Of a DNA stretch of 64,000 bases, positions 11,671 through 25,215 are shown piece after piece. The stretch's first letter is position 1, and the number at the start of each line of letters is the position of its first letter. Position numbers and translations under genes: made by a program. Under the pieces are notes generated by a model, which saw only the letters and a program-made list of their open reading frames with translations, made no database searches and had not been told where the DNA came from. The DNA comes from Octopus vulgaris (taxonomy: Eukaryota), in NCBI GenBank assembly GCA_951406725.2, contig OX597818.1:44020001-44084000 (forward strand), in the 5' to 3' direction.

Positions 11671-12699
11671 AACAAATATAAGATCCAAGGATCAAGGTGT
11701 AGAAAGGTTAGCTTCAAGCAATCCGTAGTACACACACACAAAACACCCTGCATATATACCATCTTAAAAGCAATATCTCTCCCACTCAGCCTGGACAAGT
11801 ACAAAGAACACATATGCAGAAAAAGCTGCAACATGAAAAGCCTCACTGGTCCAATATGCAATGCTGATGTACACCAACAATAAGTGCAGAATAACAGTAA
11901 TTTTCGCTCTCTAACCAAGTCCACCTTGCCTGTCTACATTCTGGTCTCTTCAAGAGATATAGATTAAACAGTGGAGAGAATGTAGTAAAGAGACAGTTAG
12001 ACTGCACTAATACAAGTCAAAGTGAGATGGAGACCTAGAATAGCTAGGAAAATGGATCTGAAGATTACACCTTGTCATTCAGTCAGCTATTTGTGTGCCA
12101 TAAAACTGGTTGATCAGAGCTGATCTGATAACAACTGACAACCAGAAAAAATATCAGTGTGTTGTTTTGCTCTATATTCCTTCTGTCGCATTTAGAACAT
12201 CTTTTAATTTGAAAACTGGAGGAATCCGTTGCATCCCTTTCTGATTATTGCCATTCAATGAATGTTAGTATCTTGAAATCCTGCATTAAATATTAAATAC
12301 AGTCCTTATGTCCAGCAAAATGCTATCGTATTTATGTTTTTCTTCAGATTAAACATGCTACTTAGATTAAACACACTACTTGTCATAAATTACAACTCCA
12401 AGCTTTATCGAGAAATCAATATTCACAATGAACGGCTAATTATAAACAAATAAACAATGAAACAACTGAAATTTAATGAACATAACAAGGAATAACAAAC
12501 ACAATATACTTCATAATATCTGTTTTTAAATGCTCTTTTCTTGTCTGCCTGCCTGCCTGCATGCATGCATGTCTGTGTGTGTAGTTTTTTTAAAGATTTA
12601 TCTACAATACTTTAGTCATGAAGGACTGTATCATAGTTTTTTTTAAAAATTATTCTTTTGGTGCAAAGAATGGAAACATCCGAAGCCTTTTGTAGAACT

Positions 12700-13125
12700 T
12701 CACACTTGTGAGATTAAAGTGTTTGATTTTTACTTTGAACGTCCTTAGGTTAAAGCAAGTAGACAAAACATGGGTGAAGAAGTAATCCAAGGAATTGCAA
12801 CTTAAGGAAGAAAGATTAGGTAAAGCGATTAGTGCAGTGTTTAGGGGATGAGACACAGTAAGGATGACAAAGAAGTAGATGGACAGAGTAGCGGTGGAAT
12901 GCTGAGGATGGAAGAGAGAGAAAACATCAAGTCTGTATGCTAGAGTTTGTAGAGGGTTGGTGACCGAGTCCCTGCTAGTAAGTGAAATAACAGTTTTTTT
13001 TTAATGGATCTAGAAGGCTTTTATGTATATCAGAAGCACCATTTCATATCCAAGATATGTGAGCAGTACTCATATGTAGCTTGCATTTGAGCCATGTAGA
13101 GGATTAGCAACCGCCAACTGTGAGA
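12700..13125 (-). mobile_element. Degraded CR1/L2-group LINE 3' end
   Basis: Minus strand resembles LINE ORF2 C-termini (EY.SHI, LDxI, WN.L, FK.KI remnants); similar to 42900-43330 and 47660-48000. Confidence 0.55.
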
Positions 13126-14504
13126 GAAATTAGATGTAGTGTGCATGAGAGAAGGCTGTATTGGTATAGATATGTAATCATCATCATTATCATTCACCTT
13201 TCATGCTGGCATGGGTGGGACGCAAATGAAAAACAACTGTTGGGTGAAGGTGTTTCAAACAATGCAATTGAAAGAGGAAGATGTGGCAAAAGCTGAATTC
13301 AGGATACTTGAACTACATGAATGAAATGCAACCAAGAGTAAGACGCTTATGGAGCAGACCTATCCAACCCTTATTGGCATTGGAAAACAGAAGTGATTTT
13401 ATATATATCATCATCATATATATATATATATAATAATTATTTGAGGGAATATTATTCCTAACTTACAGGGAAAAATTCAATTTAGAAATACTAAATCAAA
13501 TTTCACAAAATATAATATATATATAAAAATTAGAAAAAAAACCCACCTTTTATAAATTCAAAATGAACAATTAAATTACACCATCTAGAAAATTACACAC
13601 ACACACATATATATATATATATAATTTTACTCTCTAAAAGTTGCTGTTTCACTTAGTTGGTTTGTGAGAGAGATTACTATCAGTTTTGGTAACTCTAAGG
13701 AAATTAGTAAATCACAAAAATTAAAAAAATTCAGGATATCGAAATGCAAAGTATATTTCTTTGAAATGAAGCTTGGCTAATGAATCCCGAGATCTTGGGC
13801 TGCTATGAGCTATTTTTACTTGTTATCGTAGCTACAGAACTAAGTCAACTCTGCTGAAGATTTAAAAATCCAAAACAATAATTTCAACTCTCCCACCAAG
13901 CAATAAGTTTGCAAGTAAATACCAAAAAAACAAGGGATGAATTCCCAAGTAGTTTAACATGTAAGCAGCCATTGATTTCTAATCAAAATGTCACTTGACT
14001 GAAGATGTATATATACACATTACCCAAGAGATTATAAAAAAAAATGCTGTCTGAAATAAAGTTAATCTAGTTTACAATGCTAATACACAAGTCACATCTC
14101 CTTTATATGCTTTCATAAGGTTATTACAAAAGTGGCCCCTTGCTGGTGGTAACATGTAACCATGTGGCCTGTTTCATAGTTTGGGTCAATGTCAGCTAAA
14201 CTGGCAAACCTACTGAATTTGCTACCTGAGAGGGATCGAGGGAGTTCAGCAACACTAAAAATAACAGCTATCAAAGCAATAGCAAAAGCTGTCATTGCCC
14301 TTCACAAGGCAGCATCAAAGAAATACCAAACTGGGAAACAAACACAGGACATTTGCTTAGCAATCTACCTTGTGATGGTATCATCAATAAATCTACAATA
14401 TGAAGTAAAACCATAACCAACCATTTGGGATAGGATAGCATATTGCAGACTTCAGAAAAGTCAATCAGCATTTTTTTTTTTTTTACTATCTATGAGTTAC
14501 TATC

Positions 14505-14784
14505 GTTACCAACGTCGCTTCATTGGCACCTGTGTCGGTGGCACGTGTAAAAAGATTCGAGTGAGGTCATTGCCAGTACTGCCTGACTGGCCCCCGTGCA
14601 GGTGGCACGTAAAAAGCACCCACTACACTCTCAGAGTGGTTGGCGTTAGGAAGGGCATCGAGCTGTAGAAACTCTGCCAGATCAAGACTGGAGCCTGGTG
14701 CAGCCATCTGGTTGCCAGCCCTCAGTCAAAACCGTCCAACCCATGCTAGCATGGAAAACGGACGTTAAATGATGATGATGATGA
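14505..14784 (+). mobile_element. Family B element (RTE 3' UTR)
   Basis: Two hairpin units, gttaggaagggcatc core, (gat)n tail. Confidence 0.85.
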
Positions 14785-15339
14785 GTAGTTTTGTAAACCA
14801 AGCTCCCACTATTTGGTATTTTTTACTTCCACCTTATGGAGGAAGCTTGACTTGATGCATTATATGTTGTTTTTAACTTACAGAAATAAAACAAAAAAAG
14901 CGTATATTGAACTATTTTTTTTGGTAACACGTTTCTCTAGTCTAATCTGTTCTTTAATAAGAGTACAGGAGGTACCATCTTTTGGACTGGCGTTTTCCTC
15001 CTAATTATTTACAGATCCAAACACTGATGCAATGGTCAAGGGTTGGTGGTGTTTATCTCAATAGAAAGTATTTAATATTGGGATTACATAATGCCATTTC
15101 ATAAATGGCTGCTTGACCCTGCAATTGCTTCTAATGGAACCTCTCTCTCTCTCATGGAGATTTTTTCCGACAGTATTGATCTATATGGATTGCTCTAGAT
15201 AGTTAAAACATATCAACCTTACAAACAGCACCAATCATATCTATTGAGCTTTTCATCAACAACCAATCTACAAAATGTCACAGTCACAATCTAAGTTTAA
15301 CAACATTAAACCCAATTCAAATTGAGCAAAAATAGATCC

Positions 15340-18300
15340 AAGAGCTATCATTTCTTACACCAATATTGAGAATTTATGCACAAATTTTTCTAAAGTTGAT
15401 GCATTCAGACAGAACACAAGAGCTAATTTTTCGGAGTTATTGAGACTGCCCTCAAGCCCAAAATATCTAACAGAGACTTGGACATCCTGGGCTGCTATCC
15501 ACTAACCACCAAACACAATTCATTCAATTACCATTGTGTTTATATATATATATATATATATGTGTATATATAAATATAAATATCAAATGGAAATTGTAGT
15601 TGTGATACCTGTGCCGGTGGCACGTAAAAAGCACCGTCCTAATGTGGCTGATGCCAGCTCTACCTTGATTGGCTTCTGTGCCGGTAGCACGTGACCTGCT
15701 GTGCTTGAGGAGACCTATTGAGTTAAGTACATCAACATCAAAATAAATATCAAATGGAAATTATAGTTGTGATACCTGTGCCGGTGGCATGTAAAAAGCA
15801 CCATGTGAACGTGGTCGATGCCAGCGCCGCCTTGACTGGCTTCTGTGCCGGTGGCACGTAAAAAGCACCTACTACACTCACGGAGTTGTTGGCGTTAGGA
15901 AGGACATCCAGCTGTAGAAACACTGCCAGATCAGACTGGAGCCTGATGCAGCCTCCTGGTTTCCCAGACCCCGGTCGAACCGTCCAACCCATGCTAGCAC
16001 AGAAAACGGATGTTAAACGATGATGATGATGATATATATATATATATATATAAAAAAGGCATTTACTGTAGTAGATACATCCTTGAAGATTTTAATTTAC
16101 CATTTATATGGTTTCATCTGACACTTCTCCATGCTGTTGTTTTTATAGTCACCCTTTATTAGCATTAGGACGATGACTACGCAGCTACTGATCAAATAGA
16201 CAAAATTCTGGTTGATAATCCATCTGCTGACATCCACCAAAAAGATTGATCATATTCCAACAAAACAGGTATTGAAGGCAGACACTGCTACAGTTTCTCT
16301 GTGGCAAAATAAACTAATTCAAAGTATTGATTTTACAATCCATGTTCCAGATATCAGTAATCCTAACCCTAAGTTGCATCATTTCTTCCTGACTTCATGT
16401 CCTAATCATTGTGCTACAGCTGTGCAGTATCCACTTGGTAGATCAGACCATTGATTGGTCATAGTTGTTCCTCATGTACAGAGTAAAGAATCAATTGATG
16501 AACCATTCCACCAGACTGTGTTCAGGGTCTCTAAAACAAATTGGGAAAATTTCTGTTCTTTCCAGATTGATGCCATATTTGAATATTTTTCCAGTTATAG
16601 AGCATCAAAAGTTGCATCTCAAATTGTTAAGTGGGTCCTTGGTGGTATCAATAATTTTGTACCCAAATAAGAAATACTGAAAAACTCCTAACTCTCAACT
16701 TTATTTTACTCTGGAGTGTACTGCTGTTGCTATAGCTTATACTAACCACTATTCCTACTTGTACCACCAAAATGGTTGTGATACTAGTGTAGCATTCTTC
16801 TATAATATCTGTAAGGAACACCAAAGAATGCTAAAACTAGCTATGTTGAACCTGTTCAAATGGTGACTGATCAAAAGAGGCTGGACTCATATAAACTCTG
16901 GAGGACAGTAACCAGTAGAATAATTAACCATGTCTGATCACCTAGTCTTACAATCATCAACGGGTTGAAGGTAATCTCATTTGTCCTCAAACAAAGCAAA
17001 GCTATTTATGAAAAACTTTGTATGATTTGAAAGTCCAGCAAAGAATGGTTAGTCATCCAACATAGAATTTAATTCAAACTGTTAGGTTTCTATCATTGGA
17101 ATATTAGCCAAGGAGGTTTCCAAACTTATGAGGTATATTGAACCAAAAAACCCAACTAGTCAACACCAAACTCCAGTCACTGTGTTGAAAAACCTATACC
17201 TCAGGATATCCTCAATTGTGGCAAAGTTTGTCATTGTCATAATAGCAAATGCTTCTCTGGTCTGTTGTCAGCTCAGTTTTCAAGAATTCTAGTAAACATT
17301 CCTCCCTATTTTAATAAAGACTAATTTTTCTACTGAACATCGAAAGCAAACTGAGTGTATGATTAACAAGCATGTAATTAAGCACATAAATAAAACCAGT
17401 CTCCTTAATGATAAGCAGTATAATTTTTGATGACTCATGGTCATGAAGTAATGAGTATGACAGTATAAGTACTGCACTGGATAGCAGCTTGGATCCTGGT
17501 GCTATTGCATTACACATCTCCAAAGCATTTGACATGGCATGACATAGAAGATTGCTTCATAAACTAACCAGCTATACTATAACTAGAAAAAACATTTCCA
17601 CCATAAATTCACTCTTAATAAGAAGTCTAAAAGTTGCCATCAATGATCAGTTCTCTGACACTTATGAAATCAATGCAGGTGGACCCCAGAGATTTATCCT
17701 GGGATCTACATTCTTCTTGCTGTTTATCATTGATATACTTAGTAAATTAATAAGACCCTTTAGTGACATGTTTGCTGATGATACCATATATTATAGTTTG
17801 AGAACATGCCACACTTGAATCTAGATGCAGATCTTTACTATGGCCTAACTGGAATCATACAATGGGGGAAATAAATGACTTGTTATATTTAATGCTTCCA
17901 ACACCAATGTAACTGTTTTCCACCACAATCATGAAATTCCTGACCTTCCTTTTATTTTGATGACTAGGACTGCTTTGAAGGATTCTCATTTGTTAAAATT
18001 CTTAGGTCTGAAATTCATATCTGATGTGAGGTGGGATTTCTACATTATGTCTCTTGCCAAGCTCAACACTAGAATGGTAGGCTTGTTCTATCATTTATAA
18101 GACTCCTAACACTTGAAGCTCTAGTGTATCTATACAAGAATAAAATCCATTAAAAAATAGAGTACTGTTTAAACATTTGGGTCAGTTCCCCAAAACATCT
18201 ACTCTCCAGCAAAATCAGATGCTTAGTCTAATTGGTGATGAATTCTTTTTGTCACTTAAACTGTTAACAAATGTTAGTATTATTTCTATGGAAAGTGTTC

Positions 18301-18540
18301 AAGTGAGCTTCATATCTTGGACCTGCCAGTCTGGCAATTCCTCATCAGAACTTAGTTTGTCGAATTCAGCGTGAGCTGTAACTGTGCTTTCTGGATAGCA
18401 CACAAACATATTGCAAATTCCCTTGCACAAAGATTTCTTACTTCCAGAATAGCTGAACCAAGGAATAAATTACCTCCCTATTATTTTCTAGCTGAATAAT
18501 GCTGATCCATTTAAATTCAAGGTTAACAAGTATCTTGTTT
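15340..18540 (+). mobile_element. Old near-full-length LINE ORF2 pseudogene (CR1/L2 group), interrupted at ~15540-16050
   Basis: Motif remnants in the expected order: YTNI..L (endonuclease start, ~15355), YPLGRSDH (~16430), LHISKAFD (~17510), INAGGPQRFILGSTFFLLFIID and FADDT (17670-17785), then C-terminal remnants. Many frameshifts. Confidence 0.75.
15577..16033 (+). mobile_element. Family B element with an internal ~165-bp direct duplication, inserted at (TA)n within the old LINE
   Basis: aaatatcaaatggaaatt.tagttgtgatacctgtgccggtggca occurs at ~15578 and ~15744; (gat)n tail; TA tracts on both sides. Confidence 0.85.
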
Positions 18541-18735
18541 AATGTTGATGGTTTCTTACATTTTAATAATTTTATCAGTTCTTTTATTATCATCTCATTC
18601 CATCACTCTTTAGCAGCTCCTTGATTGCCAGTTTTTTTTATTACCATCTCATTGTACAGTTCTATATTTAAGAGATAAGGAATTATGTACATTATGTACA
18701 TTTGACGGATATTTGTCCTCATCTTGTTTGTTGTT

Positions 18736-18781
18736 AACACAACGTTTTGGCTGACATACCCTCCAGCTTTCATCGGGTGTC
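18736..18781 (-). ncRNA. Second, opposed minimal hammerhead motif (mutated core)
   Basis: Minus strand gacac-CcGATGA-a-agctg-loop-cagcc-aAAAC-gtt-gtgtt. Confidence 0.65.
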
Positions 18782-18888
18782 TTGGGGAAAATTTCAAACC
18801 TGGGTTCTCATTCCTAAGGTATTTTTCGATGTTATTATTATTTAGGTCATTGCCTGGAATCAAACTCGGAATCTTGGGGTTAAGAGCA

Positions 18889-18934
<46 letters not shown>

Positions 18935-18982
18935 TCGAAAAATACCTTAGGAATTAGGACCCAGGTTCGAAATTTTCCCCAA

Positions 18983-19028
18983 GACACCTGATGAAGGCTG
19001 GAGGGTATATCAGCCAAAACATTGTGTT
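18983..19028 (+). ncRNA. Minimal type I hammerhead ribozyme motif (mutated core)
   Basis: gacac-CTGATGA-a-ggctg-loop-cagcc-aAAAC-att-gtgtt. Stem I gacac/gtgtt, stem II ggctg/cagcc; GAAA is changed to AAAA. Confidence 0.7.
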
Positions 19029-20206
19029 AACAACAAACAAGATGAGGACAAATATCTGTCAATTATAAACAATGTAAATAATGTGCATCTCATTGTATTT
19101 CATTTCAATTTTTTACATACCAGTGCCACATAAAAAGCACCCATTACACTCTGTAAAGTAGTTGATGTTAGGAAGGGCTAAAAACTATAGAAACCATGCC
19201 AAAACAGACAACTGGAACCTGGTACACCTCCCTGGCTGGCCATCAACCCAAAACAGCATGGGAAAAGAAATGTTAAACGATAATGATGACCAATAATTTT
19301 ATTGTCATCTGAAAAATGCATATATACAAAGTGATTTGTGGCATTAATGCTACTCTCTTCTTTCTTGTAATTCTCTACCTAGAAGTGGCCCAAGGGCTTC
19401 GCACAAGGTAATTTCAAGTAATGGAAAAAATATATGTCTGTACATGTTGGTGTGTACTCTAAATATCATGTGGTGGCTGTAAATGAGTATCACCATTATA
19501 CAGGCAATGTGAAAAACATGAGCTATGGGAAACTATTTAATTGCCTGGAAATAGGTGAGGGTTGGGGACAGGAAGGGCATCTGGTTGTATAAAATCTGCT
19601 TCAAAAAATTCTGTCTGACTCACAAAAGCATTGAAAAACTGACATTAAAGATGATGATTATGAACAATATGGTATTCTAATGGACACATACCAAAGACAA
19701 GACAATTAAGGTCACAATAAAACATTATCAGCCATTTTAATGTTATGGGCATTACGATAATCAATAAATTTATATTTAAACTAAAACAAACTCTCATATC
19801 TAGAAAACCAATATTTTTTTTTCGGTTGTCATGTATTCGAGCATTCAAATTGCTTTTATAAACTTAACACTAACAGATGATAATAATCAATGGAAAGGAT
19901 TGATAAAAAAAAATTGCCCAAGCAAGCTCTTACAACATGTGTGTAGCAAAAGCAGAGACTGAATAAGACAAAAAAAAAAAAAAAAAGGCCAAAAAGAAAC
20001 AAACTATAAACAGTAAAACTTGTTTTACCAAACTAATAAAAATGTCCAAGTAGAATTATAAAGTAGTTACTAACAAAGGAAATATAATTAACTGTTAAAT
20101 TTCCAATATTACTTATGATTAAATGAAAAAAGAAAAAGTAGAATTACCAGTTACCAAACACGAGTAAACTCCACCCCCTGAAATAGAAACTATCCTTCTT
20201 CAATTA

Positions 20207-20595
20207 CTAGATTGTCAAAGAAGTCTTCAACGGCTCTGAGCAGAGCCTGAGTAGAGCAACTCAACAACAACAATAGCTAGAAATGACCCAAAGAATATTT
20301 TTAGTACATGTGACGAAATGATTATCTGATGAAAATTCTGCTTGCCCCTCTGTCACTTAGCCCATCTGTAAAGCTTCCATGTGATTAGCTGAAGGGGGAT
20401 GGGGAGAGGCAGGGGAGATGGGGGAGGAAAGGGATGGTGGGATGTTGTGGTGCGTGAAATGTGTAATTTTTTTCTTTAACTAAGTTCTTTATTCTCCGTT
20501 ACTTAGCCTGTCTGTAACACTTTCACATGATCAGTTGAAGTGAAAGGTGCTGCAAAACCAACTTCAGGAAGCCAGCCAACCGCATGATAACTTAT
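20207..20595 (-). mobile_element. Possible Helitron-like non-autonomous element
   Basis: aCTAG at 20207 followed by hairpin ggctctg-ag-cagagcc, plus an internal ~45-bp direct repeat. 5' end unclear. Confidence 0.3.
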
Positions 20596-20609
20596 CAATC
20601 AGGTGACTC

Positions 20610-22052
20610 TGCTAACCAGATTGATTTCCTTCTCACCAGACAGTGGGATGCATGGTTGCTCTAAAATACAAAGGCCCTCCCTGGTGAAGAATGTACCCCC
20701 CAGCATAGACTAGTTATTAGTGACTTTAGACTCGAGGCCAGAAGGATGCCAAAAAGCAGACCAATCTGGAAAAGAAGGACTTGGAAGCTTAAGAACTCTT
20801 CACATGGTCGATCTATAGAAAAGGCGTAGGTAGAAACTCCAAACAATGTAAGCTATGGACACATAAGAGGTGCAGCAATATCAAAGGAAGGTTAACTGGG
20901 AAGATAGATTTGGTGTGTGGCAGATGTACAAGGGAAATAAATGCTGAAGGTGTAAAGAAAACAGATTCCATCACATGCCAGGGAAAAAAAACTAGAAGTA
21001 GTTGATAGCTTCTGCTAACTGGGTGACCAAGTCTGTAGTGGGGGTGGTTGCTCTGAAAGTGTAGCGGCTTGAATAAGAATAGTCTGGGAAAAGTTCAGGG
21101 AGCTTCTACCTCTGCTGGCAACTAAAGGCCTCTCATTCAGGATGAATGGTAGACTGTATAATCCATGTGTGTGAACAGCCATGCTACATGGCAGTGAAAC
21201 ATGGGCCATGACTGCTGAGGATGTGTAGGCTTGAGAGAAATGAAGCTAGTATGATCTGCTGGATGTGTAATGTCAGTGTGCATACATGACAGTGTAAGCA
21301 CTCAGAGAAAAGTTGGACATAAGAAGCATCTAATGCGGTGTGCAAGAGAGACAACTGTGCTGGTACAGTCATGTGTTACATATGGACGAGGACAGCTGTA
21401 TGAGGAAGTGTCACACCCTAACTGTGGAAGGAACCTGTGGAAGAGGTAGACCCAGGAAGACATGGGAAGACATGGGATGAGGTGGTAAAGCATGACCATC
21501 GAACATTGGGCTTCAAAGAAGCAATGACTGGAGACCAAGACCTTTGGAGGTATGCTGTGATTGAGAAGACGTGGCAACTAAAGTGAGTTTGCAGCCATTG
21601 CCAATGTCAGTGTTGCATGTCCAGCCCATTTAAGAGTACCCTTGATGCATAGGGCAATTTGATATTCCTGAGAAGACCTGTTGAATCAAGTAAAACCAAA
21701 ATCGTAGCTTGGCCAGTGCCCCCTGACTAGCTCCCGTTCCAGTGGCACGTAAAATACATCATCCGAACATGGCCGATGCCAGTACTCCCAGACTGGCTCC
21801 TGTGCCGGTGGCACATAAAAAGTACTATCTGAACGTGATCGATGCCAGACCCACCTGACTGGCTCCTGTGTCGGTGGCATGTAAAAAGCATCCACTACAC
21901 TCTTGGAGTGACTGGTGTTAGGAACAGCATTCAGCTGTAGAAACATTGCCGGATCAGATTGGAGCCTGGTGTAGCCACTGGCTCTCCAGACCTCAGTCAA
22001 ACTGTCCAACCCATGGAAAATGGATGTTAAATGCTGATGATGACGATGATGA
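20610..22052 (+). mobile_element. RTE-type LINE fragment (degraded ORF2 plus 3' UTR with three 66-bp units); source of family B
   Basis: QIDFLL, QHRLVI, VDSF.YLGD, AMLHGSETW and GRGRPRKTW remnants, followed by the family B UTR and (gat)n tail. Confidence 0.85.
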
Positions 22053-22711
22053 AAGGTGAAGACTGAAAGAAAAAGGAGAGAGAAAAAGAGGGTAAAGCGA
22101 AGAGGAAGAGTACTGCGTATTAAGTCTATAAAATTGTGCATAAAGTATATAAAGTGTATATATAAAATGCATTAAGTAATCATCGTATTTCGATTTCCTT
22201 CTCTTTTCAGTGATTAAGAGATGAGTGACTATCTTTTGATACAGATACAACACAGGCTACGCTTTCAGGTTTTTTGAAAAAAAAGTTATCAGAAGTAACC
22301 CAATAAGTTTATCATTAATTCCGTGAAATATTCACAGGTTCCACTAGTCACTAATTATTAGACTAAAGCATTGAAATTAACCAACAAATGGAATGCAGTT
22401 GTACCAAATATATTGCTGCAATGAATGGCGGAGTTACATCATTCCTGAGATATATAGGTTGAGTGAGCAAAACTGCACAATGTTCACTGAGAGTGTAAAT
22501 AGATTGAGAGAAAGAAGAAACTAATTGACATTTTTTAACTGATAAGAGAAAAAAGAAAAAAAAAAAGAAAAGAAAAGAAAGCTAGTTGCTATTAAATTAC
22601 ACAAAAAACTTGAACACCTGTAACATATTTATGAGACAAGCAAGCCAACTAAGTAACTTCTTTGTAGTTGTTCAATGAGAACCACATTGAAGATCTTGTA
22701 GGTTTTATATA

Positions 22712-24350
22712 TCATCATCATCAACATCATCATTTAACATTCTTCCTGAATACTGGCATTGTTGGATGGTTTGACAGAAGCTGACAAGTCAAAAGATTGC
22801 ACCAAACTCCAGTGTCTGCTTTGGTATGGTTTCTAGGGCTGGATGTTCTTCCTAATGTCAATCAGAGAATGTACTGGGTGTTTTTGTTTTACATGGCACC
22901 AGTAGCACTGAAACCTCCAAGTAAATTGCAAAACAGGACCCTCTTAACTGAGGTGAGAATAGTTTTAATAAAGGTGGATTTGTCCCAGGTGATGAGAAGT
23001 TAGAGTATGAATAGGGGGATAGAATTAGGTACCTTGCTGTAGAGGAGATACATGGTTACCTTAGTTGGAGAGAGAGATAGGGAGAAGGAGAGAGATGATG
23101 GTGAAGATGTGACAGGACATACACCCAAATTACAGTGAAGTGTATATAGTGAAGTGGACCAAGATAAGATTGTAAAAAATAGTGAGAGATGGTGGAGAGC
23201 TGAGAATGTAGTAAGAGGACACAGAGGGAGCAGGTATTCGGAGGATATGCTATGGGGAAGAGAGTCAACAGGAGCATAGATATAAAAGACATGCCTTTAT
23301 GACCTCAATTTCACTTAGATGGATGGGTTTTCTCAAACACAGCAAATCACCAATTGTCCTGGTGCTTTGTCGTCTCCTGTGTGAGGCTCAACAGCTGAGG
23401 ATCATTTTCTACCATTTCATCCCATATCTTCCTCCTCCACATTTAGAGATCGATGCTTCTTTATGTAACTCTCTTCATCCACAAGCATCACATGACCATA
23501 CTAACACAATCTTTTCTCTTGCACACTACATCTGATGCCTTCCTTTAACCAACACACTTTGTTATGCAAGCACACTGACATTGCGCATCCAGTGGAGCAT
23601 GCTGGCTTCATTTCTTTCAAGCTTTCAGATCATGTCCTTTGTATTCAAAGCCCATGTTTTACTGCCATGTAGCATAGCTGTTCATATACAGGAATCAAAC
23701 AATCTGTCTTTCACACTGAAAGTAAAAGATCTCTGAATTCTGCCCAGCTGGTTCTTATTCTAGCAGCTATGGTTTCAGAGCATCCTCCTCCACTGTTAGT
23801 TTGGTTACCTAAGTCATGGAAACTATCTTATTTCTTTATTGCCTACAAGGGGCTACACACAGAGGGAACGGACAAGGACAGACAAACGGATTAAGTTGAT
23901 TATATCGACCCCAGTGCATAACTGGTACTTATTTAATTGACCCCGAAAGGATGAAAGGAAAGTTGACCTTGGTGGAATTTGAACTCAGAATGTAGCAGCA
24001 GACGAAATACCACTAAGCATGTTAATGTTTCTGCCAGCTCACTGTCATGGAAGCTATCTACTGCCTCTAAGGACTCCCCTGGACATTTGAAGAAATCTAT
24101 TTCCTCTGTTTTCTTAGTGTTTATTGCTCTTGCACATCTGCCACCCACACACAAAGACTACTTTCTTTGTTAACCTTTCTGATATTGCACTGCACCTCTC
24201 GTGTGTCCCTAGCTTACACAGGGTATATTCTGTGAAATTTCTACCGACACCTTTTCAACATATTGAGCAGGGCCACTTCCCCAAAGGCATTATTAATCTG
24301 TAAGAATTCACTAGGAAAGTAGCATCAGTAGTGCTTCTCCTTGGCATCAT
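22712..24350 (-). mobile_element. Older RTE-type LINE fragment in opposite orientation, interrupted by a SINE
   Basis: (atc)n tail at 22712. Minus strand gctatgctacatggcagtaaaacatgg and gaaagaaatgaagccagcatgctc match 21180-21260. Confidence 0.75.
23829..24043 (-). mobile_element. SINE family C monomer with a 16-bp TSD
   Basis: TSD gtcatggaaactatct (23813-23828) and gtcatggaagctatct (24044-24059). Confidence 0.88.
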
Positions 24351-24427
24351 TTGAAGTGCATTATGACCAGCAGTGTATAACATCCAATAGTGTGGTCAAT
24401 ACAGTGGTACACATACACACAAATAAT

Positions 24428-24640
24428 AAACTTTTACGAGATTTCAAAACTTCCATGCTCCCTGAGATTCGCTAACACTACACCTGATTTTCTCCCCTCC
24501 ATACACATGCAAGCATGTATCTGACTCATACACTGTTCACTTTCCAGACATTTGTACATTACTGCATATGCTTTATACGCACTTTTGACAAGTTATGGTG
24601 CACCTGAGCACTGTATACAATAATTTTGTTATTATTATTA
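24428..24640 (+). mobile_element. Probable LINE 3' end with (TTA)n tail
   Basis: Ends ggtgcacctgagcactgtatacaataa..(tta)n; preceded by an FKT..LPEI-like ORF end. Confidence 0.45.
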
Positions 24641-24796
24641 TAGGAGGGGTGACAAAGTTTTGGCCTGCTATCTCTTGTTGAACTTCAAAGTTACTGTCAT
24701 CTCTTGTAAAAGTTTAATAAACATGTGTTCTACTAAAAAGTATTGAGTAATTCTTTAGTTTAATGTTGAATTGTTTTTATATATAAACTGACATAA

Positions 24797-24835
<39 letters not shown>

Positions 24836-24950
24836 CCTGGTCGCTTAGCCAGTGGGGTGGCGTCATTTAAAGGCTAAAACAATGCGAACGCATTGTGACA
24901 AGCGATGTGTAACAACATCTGATGGTCTGGTCAGTCATGTGATCACGTGA

Positions 24951-25005
<55 letters not shown>

Positions 25006-25010
<5 letters not shown>

Positions 25011-25215
25011 AGTTAATCCAAACAAGAAAGCACAAAAAAACACAACAACGCGAGGACGTGGAACAAATATAGTATTATTGGACGCTCAGGAAAGAAGGAA
25101 AGAAGGAGGGTTTAACGTTTTGAGTGGAGCTCTTCGTTGGAAACATAGGAGAAGGAAAGATCCAGAGAAGGGAAGACAGAGGAAAAAAATTGCAAACGGT
25201 ACACACGAGGTCACA
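25006..25215 (-). mobile_element. Penelope-like terminal fragment in (TA)n with a degenerate minimal hammerhead (25110-25144)
   Basis: Minus strand gttt-CcaACGA-a-gagc-tcc-actc-aAAAC-gtt-aaac. Shorter copies of the same end at 8050-8118 and 46275-46358, all between TA tracts. Confidence 0.6.

Larger units (their letters stand above)
18657..19085. mobile_element. Fold-back Penelope-like non-autonomous element with a 12-bp TSD
   Basis: Arms ~18690-18841 and ~18923-19075 are inverted copies around a spacer with (AAT)n. TSD catctcattgta at 18645-18656 and 19086-19097. Confidence 0.8.

Noticed and set aside
14113-14295. Non-repetitive, coding-looking 60-aa ORF as a possible upstream exon
   Set aside because: No recognisable homology and no convincing splice-site pair.
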